Assembly (NCBI GenBank): GCA_964472385.1
Contig: CAYYLT010000001.1
Span: forward strand, 1-45,947
Source of the DNA: an uncultured Bacteroidales bacterium
Lineage (GTDB): Bacteria > Bacteroidota > Bacteroidia > Bacteroidales > UBA12077
DNA length: 45,947 nucleotides
Reading direction: 5' to 3'
In this document: piece by piece, positions 8,472 through 19,400 of the stretch
Position numbering within the stretch: position 1 is the first letter of the stretch
Layout: each line of letters opens with the position of its first letter
The notes under the pieces: generated by a model
What the model was told of the DNA's origin: nothing
Databases searched by the model: none
What the model saw: only the letters and a program-made list of their open reading frames with translations
Program-made: the position numbers and the translations under genes

Positions 8472-8868
8472 CGGATCAAAAAGCCCAGGATAAAATTATC
8501 CGTCCCAGCAAGGCTACTTTTTGCTTCACCTTTTGGTATATTCGGCCTGAACTATTTTTTGACGGTATATGTTTATACCGGTATGCGTACTTCTTTTATT
8601 CCAGGTACCAGGTTTACAGTATTGCTACCCGCTCTTTTCCTGATTGCAGCAAGCATTGCCATTATACTAAAAAACTGATGGCCGGATCGTCTGTTATTTG
8701 CTAGCCTTGATGCTGTTGGTTTTTATTTTGGCCATTTATGTTCCCGGCCACTTTGATCCGGTTACTACTAATACCTCCCTCATGCAGCTACTGAAAGATA
8801 CCGCTTTGATGGCTGGCGTTTTGTTGATTGCCGCATCCGGTGATGAGCCGCATCCCAAATCAATCTGA
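8472..8868 (+). pseudogene. disrupted small membrane protein (possibly DoxX-like)
   Basis: Two adjoining hydrophobic reading frames: 8472-8678, and 8671-8868 in the +1 frame. They join at an A-run at 8670-8674. No ATG precedes 8583. The C-terminal part reads LLVFILAIYVPGHF...LLKDTALMAGVLLIAAS. Confidence 0.4.
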
Positions 8869-9004
8869 CTATAAGCCACACGCGTATCGTCAAATGCCGT
8901 GTTGTTTTGTTCTCAGGCATTAAAATTTACAATACACACCGGTTCGTCCATCCCCTGGTATTAAGGTAGGCGATTATTAGCCAAAGGGTGGAGTATGCGT
9001 ATTT

Positions 9005-9601
9005 TTAATTCAATTTTTTGGAAATCAACTGTATAACCTCCGCTTCACCCTTATGATATGATCCTTCATAAAGTTTTCGCAGTTTCTCTTTATAGTGCAT
9101 CAGTTTGAGTGATCTTAGGTCTTCAATTAATTCCTGGCCATTGTATAACAGGGTCATGTTTTTGGGACCACCTGTATTAAGGTGAAACTGTTTTCTGGAA
9201 AAGGATTCCATGATGTAATATCCGCCTGGTTTGAGAAAGTTAATAAGTTTCCGGTGCATATTTTGTCTTGTGTGCGGCGGCAGGTGTAAGAAAATTAATG
9301 CTACTGCATCAAACTTTTTTGAAGTCTCAAAATCTTCGATAGGGGAAATATGGTAATCGATATGCACCTGGTATTCATAAGCGAGTTGCATGGCTTTTTT
9401 TCTGGCTTCTATACTGAAGTCGAATGCGGTTACTTCCCATCCTTTTAATGCGGCATATATGGCGTTTCTGCCTTCACCCTCTGCCGGCAGAAGAATTGAC
9501 CCTTTGGGTGTTTTGTCAATGAATTCTTTAAACAAGTCATTGGGGTGCTTTCCATAGACAAATTCTTTCGTATCATATCTTTCATCCCAGAATTCTACCA
9601 T
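9005..9601 (-). CDS. class I SAM-dependent methyltransferase
   Basis: 198-aa ORF with SAM-binding motif I (ILLPAEGEGRNAIYAALKG) and a post-I acidic residue (AFDFS). Confidence 0.8.
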   Translation of the reverse strand: MVEFWDERYDTKEFVYGKHPNDLFKEFIDKTPKGSILLPAEGEGRNAIYAALKGWEVTAFDFSIEARKKAMQLAYEYQVHIDYHISPIEDFETSKKFDAVALIFLHLPPHTRQNMHRKLINFLKPGGYYIMESFSRKQFHLNTGGPKNMTLLYNGQELIEDLRSLKLMHYKEKLRKLYEGSYHKGEAEVIQLISKKLN

Positions 9602-9777
9602 AATAGGATAATGTTTTTAAATTTTGTTTTTTAACAGGTTGTGGATGTTAAATGTTCAATAATCCTGCGCATATTCATGCTTTTTGTTATAAAAAAAAAC
9701 GTTTTTATAATTATAATAATTATGCTTGCACACTGAATCCTGCAGGGTAGATTAACTATTGCTTCATCATTTTCCTG

Positions 9778-11007
9778 CTACAGATATTCGAGCGCTTCGG
9801 TTTTCTGTTTAACAAAAGGGGCAATAGCCCGTTGATATATACCCTGAACAAAAGCAATGGCCATACCATAATTGGTTACCGGTACACCGGCATCTATCGC
9901 AGGTTTTATTCTGTTTGTCAGTTGTTTGTGCGTTATCATGCATCCACCGCACTGAATAACCAGGGCATATTCGTGGATATTTTTGGGCAGGTCATTCAAC
10001 CCGGCTATAACTTCATAGGTTAGTTTTTTCCCTGTAAAGTTGGATATCCATCGGGGAATTTTCACTCTGCCGATATCATCACAAGAGACATGATGGGAGC
10101 ATGATTCCAGGAGTAGTATGCGATCACCGTTCTGTAATTCAGCTATTTTGGGAGTACCTTTCAAATAGTTTTCAAAATCTCCTTTGAAGCGGGCCAGCAC
10201 AATGCTAAAGCTGGTAAGGGGAATATCGGAAGGGATTGAAGCATCAGCTTTGGTGAACATCTGGCTGTCTGTGATGGCCAATTTGGGTTTCATAGCGGTT
10301 TGTTTTAAAAAAGCATCTACTTCTCGTTCTTTCAGGATAATGCTTACTGCATCGTGATCCAAAATATCGCGGATCGTTTGAACTTGTGGTAGGATCAACC
10401 TTCCTGCCGGTGCTTCTATGTCAATGGGTGTTATTAAGAGGACGATATCGCCGTAGGTAAGCAGGTCTCCAACCAAAGCCGGCGTTTTATAAGCCGACGC
10501 TGGAATGGTTTGCTTGATATGATTTATGATGGTTTCCGTGTCGCTCCGGTCGATCAGGCTATAATCCATTACTTTGCATTGGTGGCGTTCTTCGAGATGC
10601 TTTTTCATTTCCGGTTTCAGGGGTTCGATATCAGCTTTATTATGAATGATAACAAAGGGTGTATTATTTTTCTGGAATGTGCTGATAAGGTTTTCTTCAA
10701 AATCTCCGAAGGTATTGTGGGTAATGAGTAGGATGCCCAGGTCGATGGTTTTAATGGAAGATCGGGTTTTAGATATTCTTTTTTCTCCCAGCTCCCCGGA
10801 ATCATCTATACCTGCAGTATCAACCAAAACAACCGGTCCGAATCCGGTAATCTCGAATGATTTTTTTACAGGATCGGTTGTTGTCCCTGGATGATCAGAA
10901 ACAATAGCAATATCCTGATCTGCCAAACGGTTGATCAATGAGCTTTTGCCATTGTTTCGTCTTCCGTATATCCCCAGATGGGGTTTTGATTCTTTGCCTC
11001 TATTCAT
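9778..11007 (-). CDS. hydF: [FeFe]-hydrogenase H-cluster maturation GTPase HydF
   Basis: 409 aa. GTPase motifs G1 GRRNNGKS, G3 DTAG, G4 NKAD. C-terminal cluster domain with CSHH...DDIGRVKIPRW...CGGCM, typical of HydF. Confidence 0.88.
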   Translation of the reverse strand: MNRGKESKPHLGIYGRRNNGKSSLINRLADQDIAIVSDHPGTTTDPVKKSFEITGFGPVVLVDTAGIDDSGELGEKRISKTRSSIKTIDLGILLITHNTFGDFEENLISTFQKNNTPFVIIHNKADIEPLKPEMKKHLEERHQCKVMDYSLIDRSDTETIINHIKQTIPASAYKTPALVGDLLTYGDIVLLITPIDIEAPAGRLILPQVQTIRDILDHDAVSIILKEREVDAFLKQTAMKPKLAITDSQMFTKADASIPSDIPLTSFSIVLARFKGDFENYLKGTPKIAELQNGDRILLLESCSHHVSCDDIGRVKIPRWISNFTGKKLTYEVIAGLNDLPKNIHEYALVIQCGGCMITHKQLTNRIKPAIDAGVPVTNYGMAIAFVQGIYQRAIAPFVKQKTEALEYL

Positions 11008-11017
11008 AAAGGTTGAA

Positions 11018-12463
11018 TTATAAATTCAGAAGGTCATTTATTCGAAATCCCATCTTCAGAAGGTTATCCGCTGAAAGCAGTAACAGAAGTGTTTGATGCG
11101 TTACATATTGAAAATGGCTGTTTGCTTCAAATATGTCAATATTCCTTTCCTTCATATATTTTGCCAAATCAGCGGCTTTATTGTAGCCGATATAATGTAT
11201 TAAAGCTGTTGTAACTGCAGGACTTCGGTATAGCCTTTTCAAAGCTGTTTGAGAATAAACGGACAGGCCTTTAATCATATTATCTGTGAGTGTGCGATTG
11301 ATACCGGCCAACAAATTCACACTTTCAATCATTGTAAAGCCAATGACCGGCAGATAAGCATTAAGCTCAAGGTTGCCCTGGCCTGAAAGGGAAGAGACCA
11401 GCACATCATTGGAGAAGATTTTGTGCACTGCACTGATGACATACTCTGGTATGACAGGATTAATTTTTCCAGGCATGATAGAACTTCCCAGTTGTTTTTG
11501 TGGAATAGCTATTTCATCCTGCCCGAAGAGGTCGGAGGAGAGGAGCCGCAAGTCAGAAACCATTTTTTCCAGGTTTACAGCATGGGCCTTAAGGGTAGCA
11601 TGCACTTCCACAAAAGCATCCAGGTTATTGGTTGCGTCGGGCATATTTTCACTTCTGGATATGGGAAGTCCAGTTAGCTGTCGCAGTATAGGAACCACTT
11701 CCATGATATAAAAAGTTGGAATGGTAATACCAGTTCCAATGGCGCTACCACCCAGATTAACCATTTTGATACGTTCAGCACATTTAGAGACACGCCACCA
11801 GTCTCTGGAGAGGGCTTCGTTATAGGTACTGAACAATTTGCCGTAAGAAGAAGGGACAGCCTCCTGCATTTGGGTGTAGCCAATACGCAAGTCATTCCTG
11901 TGTTTATTCTCGAGTTGTTCTATTGGGCCTCTTAGATCATTGATGGTCTGTTCCAGGTCTTCAAGAAGGCGCATCAGGGTTACAGTGAGCGCCGTAGGCA
12001 CCACATCATTGGTCGACTGATAAATGTTTGCATCTTCGATGGGATCAATATGCTTATATTCACCGGGTTGCCTTCCCATTTTCTGCAGCGACCGGTTGGT
12101 GATGATCTCATTGATATTCATGTTGATGCTTGTGCCGGCGCCCCCTTGGATGGCGGGTACAATAAAATGCTTGAAATGTTCGCCCCTGGCCATTTCTTGT
12201 GCACTGCTGATTAAAGCTTCCAATATGCTACTTTTGATAAAGCGCAATGGCAGCGCTGTATGAGGATATTTGTGATTCACGGCTTTCGCGAATTTTTGAT
12301 AAGTCTGGTAGCAGGCAAGTTTTGTGATGGCCAGGGATCGATACCATGGCTCAGGAAAAGTTGTCCGGTCAGGAAAATTATCACGGGCCCTGAGACTATA
12401 TATCCCGTATAATGCATCTTCAGGTATATTTTTTTCTCCGAGAAAGTCTTTTTCTATGCGCAT
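11018..12463 (-). CDS. aspartate ammonia-lyase-like class II fumarase/aspartase family lyase
   Basis: 481 aa. Signature GSSIMPGKINPVIPE (aspartase-like PVxPE), plus QSTND and GGAGTS motifs. Only 10 nt upstream of hydF, so probably co-transcribed. Confidence 0.85.
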   Translation of the reverse strand: MRIEKDFLGEKNIPEDALYGIYSLRARDNFPDRTTFPEPWYRSLAITKLACYQTYQKFAKAVNHKYPHTALPLRFIKSSILEALISSAQEMARGEHFKHFIVPAIQGGAGTSINMNINEIITNRSLQKMGRQPGEYKHIDPIEDANIYQSTNDVVPTALTVTLMRLLEDLEQTINDLRGPIEQLENKHRNDLRIGYTQMQEAVPSSYGKLFSTYNEALSRDWWRVSKCAERIKMVNLGGSAIGTGITIPTFYIMEVVPILRQLTGLPISRSENMPDATNNLDAFVEVHATLKAHAVNLEKMVSDLRLLSSDLFGQDEIAIPQKQLGSSIMPGKINPVIPEYVISAVHKIFSNDVLVSSLSGQGNLELNAYLPVIGFTMIESVNLLAGINRTLTDNMIKGLSVYSQTALKRLYRSPAVTTALIHYIGYNKAADLAKYMKERNIDIFEANSHFQYVTHQTLLLLLSADNLLKMGFRINDLLNL

Positions 12464-12480
12464 GTTTATCTATATTTCTT

Positions 12481-12700
12481 AGCCTGTATTGTTCATAAAA
12501 AATAAAAAAAAACATCTATAAACAAAAGAATATTAGTGCTTTACTTATCATGCTCAAAAAATTTTATTTTTATATATTTTTTCCGGGTGCGTCAATTTTG
12601 GGCATCTGCTACGTTGCGAAAGCCTTAATATAGTCGGCCAGGTCTTCGTCTTTCGGCGTTTTGCATCTGCTTAAAACCTGATGCATGAATAATATGGGTT
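12481..12700 (+). repeat. intergenic repeat superfamily, type I (copy C)
   Basis: TIR AGCCTGTATTGTTCA...TGAATAATATGGGTT; hairpin 12588-12685. Confidence 0.85.
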
Positions 12701-12862
12701 ATCAGGTTTATTGCCTTTCCATGCACAAAAATAATATTTATTGTATGAATTCTATACAAAGCTCAATCCACATTCACGTATTCAGGACAGGATATATAAG
12801 TCTCATATTTAATGCGTACCTGGAATTAAATGAAAGGGTCAGGGCAGTAATATATTTTGTAT

Positions 12863-12870
12863 TATTTTTG
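12863..12870 (+). promoter_or_regulatory. candidate -7 box (TATTTTTG) for ruvA
   Basis: Exact TAnnTTTG match 17 nt upstream of the ATG at 12887. Confidence 0.35.
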
Positions 12871-12886
12871 TCAGCAAACAGGATAT

Positions 12887-13468
12887 ATGCTTGAATACAT
12901 TAAAGGCCAAGTCAGTGAAATAACCCCGGCATTTGTTGTCCTTGAGAATATGCATATGGGTTACTTTGTGAACATCTCCTTGCACACCTATTCCAGCATT
13001 TCGCAGAAGCAGGAATGTCATTTGTTTATTCATGAAATCCTTCGGGAAGACGCTTATTTGCTTTATGGTTTTGCCGATAAAGCGGAGAGGGAAATTTTCA
13101 GAAATCTGCTTTCTGTGTCTGGTGTAGGTGCCAATACTGCCTGCATGATGTTATCCTCTTTATCCCCTGATGAGTTAAAACGTGCTATTGTGCAGGAGCA
13201 GGTCAAAACGCTTCAATCCATTAAAGGTATAGGTGCTAAATCTGCACAGCGAATCATTGTGGATCTTAAAGATAAACTGGAAAAAGAAGGTTTGGAGGAA
13301 CAAATTGTCAAAAGACAGGACAATACGATCAGGGAAGAAGCGTTATCTGCTTTAGTAACTTTAGGTTTTCAAAAAAGAAATGTGGAAAAGGTCATTGAAA
13401 AGCTTATCCATGAGGAATCTGACCTGACCGTAGAGAAATTGGTGAAAAGTGCATTAAAAAAACTTTAG
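12887..13468 (+). CDS. ruvA: Holliday junction branch migration complex subunit RuvA
   Basis: The ORF track starts at 12857, but MLEYIKGQV at 12887 matches the usual RuvA N-terminus. HhH motifs (LLSVSGVGANTA, IKGIGAKSAQRI). Confidence 0.9.
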   Translation: MLEYIKGQVSEITPAFVVLENMHMGYFVNISLHTYSSISQKQECHLFIHEILREDAYLLYGFADKAEREIFRNLLSVSGVGANTACMMLSSLSPDELKRAIVQEQVKTLQSIKGIGAKSAQRIIVDLKDKLEKEGLEEQIVKRQDNTIREEALSALVTLGFQKRNVEKVIEKLIHEESDLTVEKLVKSALKKL

Positions 13469-13486
13469 TAATCCTAACCATCGTCA

Positions 13487-16400
13487 TTGCATCTCAATTG
13501 TCATAAAATAAACAAACTGGTTGCCTTAGTGTTATTGTGGGCTTGTGGATTAACATCAGAAGCCCACAATAATTTTTTATTTCAGGAACCTCAGTCACCC
13601 GGTACTCCATCTCCTCAGGATTCCATCCGCCTACCCTACGAATTTGAGGATATGGATGAATATCCCTTCGAGGATCAATCATCCCAATCCCCGTTATTTT
13701 TGAAGGATCCGGAAAATATCGAGTCATCTTATGAGTATGATCCGGAAAGCGATGAATACATTTTGAAAAAGAGAATTGGTGAATTTGATTATCGCGAGCC
13801 GGTTAATTTAGAGCGCGAGCAATACTGGGATTTAAAGTTTAATGAGATGCTTCAGGATTTTTGGCGGCAAAAAGCGAGTGGAATGGAAACCGGTGGCGAT
13901 GAGGGTTTGATTCCTAATCTTAAGTTGGGAGGAGAGGCCTTTAACCGGATATTTGGCAGCAATACCATCAATATTGTTCCTCAGGGATCGGCAGAATTGA
14001 TATTTGGTGTGAATATCAATAATGTTGAGGATCCGAAACTTTCTGAAAAGCTTCGGCGAAATACCACTTTTGATTTTGAAGAAAAGATTCAGATGAATGT
14101 TTCCGGCACGATTGGTGATAAAATCAAACTGGGTATCAATTATGATACTGAGGCTACTTTTGATTTTGAAAACCAAACCAAATTGGGATATTCCGGGGGA
14201 GAAGATGAGATCATCCAGGATATTGAAGCCGGGAATATATCCATGCCTTTACCCGGTTCATTGATAACGGGAAGTCAGAGTCTTTTTGGCCTGAAAACAA
14301 AATTGCGCTTTGGTAACCTGGAAGTTACCAGTGTATTTTCGCAACAGAAAGGCCAGAGTAAAATGATACAGGTTAAAGGGGGTGCACAGACACAGGAATT
14401 TGATATCCAGGCCGATGAGTATGACCAAAACCGGCATTTCTTTCTTTCCCATTATTTCAGGAAAAACTATAACAGGGCATTGAGTCGATTACCCGTTATA
14501 CAATCCAACATTGAAATAACCAAGGTGGAAATATGGGTTACCAATAAGACAAGCAATTTTGAAAATTCCCGGAATATCATCGCCCTGATGGATTTGGGTG
14601 AAGGAGAGATCAAAGGCAGTACCGATCACATTTATGCTTCAGAACAGATAGTGGGTAGCAATCTTCAGGGTCCCTATCCGGATAACAAGGCCAACGAGAT
14701 GTATAATTCCATCAATGGAATGGGAGGAGTAAGGGATATCAGCCAGTCGACCAATGTTATTTCTCAACGGTGGGCACAGTATGGTTTTCGTCCCGGCCAG
14801 GATTATGTTAAGCTTGAAAATGCCCGTAAATTGGAGACCAATGAATACAGGGTCAATAGAAAGTTGGGATACATTTCATTGAATGCTCAGTTGCGCAATG
14901 ATGAAGTATTGGCCGTGGCGTTTGAATATATGGTCAATGGCGAGACTCATAAGGTGGGTGAGTTCTCCAATGAGGGCATTACAGCCCCCAAGTCACTTAT
15001 GGTCAAGCTTTTAAAGGGCACTACTTTTAGTCCCAAATACCCTGCCTGGAAACTTATGATGAAGAATATCTATTCGATTGATGCGTATCAGGTTAATAGG
15101 CAGGGATTTATGCTTAATGTGCTTTACCGGGATGATAAAACGGGCAATGATATCAATTACATACCTGAAGGATCAGTTAGTGATGAAATGTTATTAAGGT
15201 TGCTGAATCTGGATAATGTTAATTCCCAGAATGATGCCCAGCCTGACGGCCGGTTCGACTTTTTGCCGGGAATTACGATTAATCAGTCGAACGGACAGAT
15301 AATATTTCCTGTAGTTCAGCCATTTGGAGATTATTTGAAAGATCAGGGGGTATCAGATCAATATACCTTTGAAGAGTTATATGATTCAACATTAACCATT
15401 GCCAGGCAAACTGCAGAAAAGAACAAATTTAAGATACAGGGTGAATACCAGAGCTCCTCAAGCTCTGAAATTCCTTTGAATGCCATGAATATACCTGAAG
15501 GTTCAGTGGTTATCACGGCTGGAGGGAGGAAACTGGTTGAGAATGTTGACTATAATGTGGATTATAACCTGGGGCGGGTAAAAATTTTGAACCAGGGTTT
15601 GCTTGAATCGGGCACACCCATCCAGATTTCATTGGAGAGCCAGTCGACCTATAGTATGCAAAAAAAGACCCTGGTGGGTTCGCATTTTAACTATCATTTT
15701 TCGGAAGATTTCAATTTGGGTGCTACGGTGATGAACCTAACAGAGCGGCCTTTAACTCGCAAGGTTGGTATTGGTAGTGAACCGATATCCAATACCATTT
15801 GGGGATTAAATGGTTCTTACCGAACCGAATCTCCATTTGTTACCCGCATGGTAGATCGTATACCTTTACTTGATACAGAAGAGCCTTCCAGTATCAGGAT
15901 AGATGGTGAATTTGCAAATTTGATCCCGGGTCATTCCAAGGCCATTAAAAAGAAGGGTGTCGCTTACATAGATGATTTTGAAGGGAGTGAAACAGCCATC
16001 GACCTGAAGAATCCCGCTGCATGGGTTTTAGCCAGTACACCTCAGGGGCAGTCGGCTCTTTTCCCGGAGGCCAGCCTAATTGATTCTTTGCCATACAATT
16101 ACAACCGGGCCAAGCTGGCATGGTACCACATTGATCCTTTATTCCTGCGGGAAAACAGCCCAAATATGCCCCAGCATTTAAAGCGTAATCCTGATCAACG
16201 TGCCAGTCATTTTGTCAGGGAGATCTATGAAAAAGAGCTTTTCCCCAATCGCGATAATCCGAATGACATACCTGCCAGCATTCAGGTGCTTAATCTGGCT
16301 TACTTCCCAAATGAAAAGGGTCCTTACAACTTTGAGCATGAGCCTGCTGGTGCTGGGGTATTATCTGCCGGTATCGATAGTGATGGAGCCCTTAAGGATC

Positions 16401-19400
16401 CGGAGTCACGATGGGGAGGAATTATGCGGGAGATATCCACTACGGATTTTGAAGAATCCAATGTGGAATATATTGAATTCTGGCTGATGGATCCTTTTGT
16501 TTATGATACCCTAAACCAGAATGAGGGTAACTTATATTTTAACCTGGGTAATGTTTCGGAAGATATACTGAGAGATTCCAGGAAAAGTTTTGAAAACGGG
16601 TTACCTGCTTCACAGCAGGATGGTATGGTAGATTCCACCAGTTGGGGACGTATCCCGCTGTCTCAATCCCTGGTCAATGCTTTTGATAATGACCCGAAAG
16701 CGCGCAGATATCAGGATGTGGGTTTGGATGGTATAGATAATGAGGATGAGCAGTCTTATTTCGATGATTATCTTAATGCCCTGGAAGAAATACTTTCTCC
16801 CGAAGCTTACCAGAAATATGCAGAAGATCCTTCTCAGGATGATTACCATTATTACCGGGGTAAGGATTATGATAGAGAAAAGCGGGGTATCATAGAGCGA
16901 TACAAGAAATACAACGGAATGGAGGGCAACTCGCCCACTTCTGAACAGTCACCCGAACCCTATCCAACATCCGGAAAAACCCTTCCCGACGTGGAAGATA
17001 TCAACCAGGACAACACCCTGGAGGAAAATGAGAGTTATTATCAGTATCAGGTTGAGCTGGCTCCCCGTAAGATGAAGGTGGGGGAGAATTTTATCGCCGA
17101 TAAGGTTACCAGAAAAGTAGAGTTAGCCAATGGTAAAAAGTCTGAAGTCGACTGGTACCAGTTTAAGATACCTGTCAGAAAACCCGACAAGCGGGTAGGG
17201 GGGATCCGTGATTTTAAATCCATCCGGTTTATGCGTATGTTTCTCAGAGGATTTGAAGACTCTACCATTCTGAGATTTGCTAAATTAAATCTGGTTCGCG
17301 GTGAATGGCGAAAATATACGCAATCGTTGTATGAAGGGGGTGAAAATCTTTCAGCCCCGGAGTACAGTAGTGGTTCCATGAGCATATCAGCAGTGAATAT
17401 TGAGGAGAATGCCAATAAAACACCGGTGAATTATGTATTACCCCCGGGCATAGACCGGGTTATAGATCCAACCAATCCTCAATTGCGGCAGCTTAACGAA
17501 CAGGCTATTGTTTTCAAGGTAGAGAATCTTGAGGATGGGGATGCCCGGGCTGCTTTCAAGAAAGTAGGTATGGATATCCGTCAATATAAAAAGCTGCGCA
17601 TGTTTGTTCATACGGAAGCATTGGAGAACAAAATTCTGAATGACGGTGATCTGCGTGTTTTTGTTCGCCTTGGAACCGATTACCGGGATAATTATTATGA
17701 ATACGAGATACCACTAGATGTCACCCCTCCTGGTTTCTACAACAATAATAACGGCAGTGAGCGCAGGCAGGTATGGAAGAATGAGATGGTCATTAATCTG
17801 GATGATTTGCCTGCATTGAAATTGCAGCGGAATCAGGCCATGAGAGGGAGCAATTCCAATATTACCATGAATACCATTTACAGGATTATCAGGGATCAGG
17901 TGGAACTTAGTGTAAGGGGAAACCCGAATTTGAGCGATATAAGGACCATTATGATGGGTGTAAAAAATCCTGATCAGCAGGATAATACCCTTTCCCGTGA
18001 TGATGGTATGCCTAAATCCGGAGAAATTTGGCTTAATGAGCTCCGGCTTGCCGATTTTAGGGAAAAAGGGGGTTGGGCTGCCAGGGGAAGGGTTTCGACC
18101 CAGCTGGCCGATCTGGGAAGGATCAATCTTTCTGGTAATATCAGTACTCCCGGCTTTGGCAGTATTGATAAAAAAGTTAATCAGCGAAACAAAGAAGAAA
18201 CGGCACAATACGATCTGTCTACCAATCTTGACCTGGGGCAGTTTTTCCCTGAACAAACAGGGGTAAAAATCCCTTTATATCTGGGTTATTCCGAGAGGTT
18301 TATCACTCCTCAGTATAATCCGCTTAATCCGGATATTAAGTTAGATAACGCCCTTGATGCTGCTCAAAATAGCCGTGCACGCGATTCGCTGAAGAACATA
18401 ACCCAGGATTATGTGCGCAGAAGAAGCCTCAATTTCAACAATATCTCCATTTCTCCCCAGCAACAAAGTGCTCCCCCATTTTATGATATTTCCAATTTTG
18501 CCCTGAACTATTCCTACAATGAGTTTTTTGCCAGGAACATCAACACAAAATATAATATTTCCAAAGAATACAGTGGTGGGCTGGTATACAATTTCAGCAC
18601 CCAGCCAGAACCCATAACTCCATTTCAGAATGCCGGAGGTATTTTGGATTCAGAATTGTTCCGCATTATTAAAGATTTTAACTTCAATTACTATCCTTCC
18701 TCCATAACCTTCAGATCAAACTTGCGACGCTCATACAACGCCATGCAGCACCGTAATATCTCTACACCAGGTATAAGATATCCGGCCAGCTACGATAAAA
18801 ATTTCCTTTGGAACCGGAATTATAATGTACAGTTCGACCTCACCCGTTCCCTCAAGCTTGATTTCAATGCTACCAACCGTGCCCGTATTGATGAACCGCA
18901 AGGTCAGGTTAATAAGCAAAAAGCTCCGGCATTATATGATGAATGGCGAAAAACCGTGATATCTAACATCAAAGATTTAGGGCGGAATACCGATTACCGC
19001 CATGCCTGGAATGCCAGATACAGGGTGCCCGTGAATAAGTTGCCCTTGCTCGACTGGGTGAATGTTTCTTCAAGTTATCAAGGTAACTATAACTGGAATG
19101 CAGGACCGATATTGGCTGAAGAAGACAGTACCGAGCTGGGCAACACCATCCGTAATTCCAATACCATTCAACTAAACAGCCAGTTAAATTTCAATAACCT
19201 TTATAATAAAGTAGGTTTTCTGAAGCGAATCAATCAAAAATCACAGGGGAGAGAGCAGAAGACGCAATATGAAACGGTAAATTACAGTGAGGAGGAGGTG
19301 GCATTTGAAGCCGATGAGCCCAGGCGCATCGCACATAACCTGATGACGGAGAATGTACAGGTTGAAGTTTACGACAATCAGGGCAGAACCATTGACGGTA

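Noticed and set aside
9640-9700. GTTCAATAATCCTGCG... as a possible solo repeat end in the methyltransferase/hydF spacer
   Set aside because: Only about 8-10 nt resemble the TIR, the CCTG/CAGG orientation is inconsistent, and no adjacent head or hairpin modules are present.
12685-12894. 69-aa ORF starting MNNMGYQ; similar ORFs at 4841-5119, 8240-8479 and 21435-21620
   Set aside because: All start or lie within the intergenic repeats (the ATGAATAAT of the right TIR supplies the ATG). They have no recognisable protein features, and the 12685 ORF overlaps the ruvA start.
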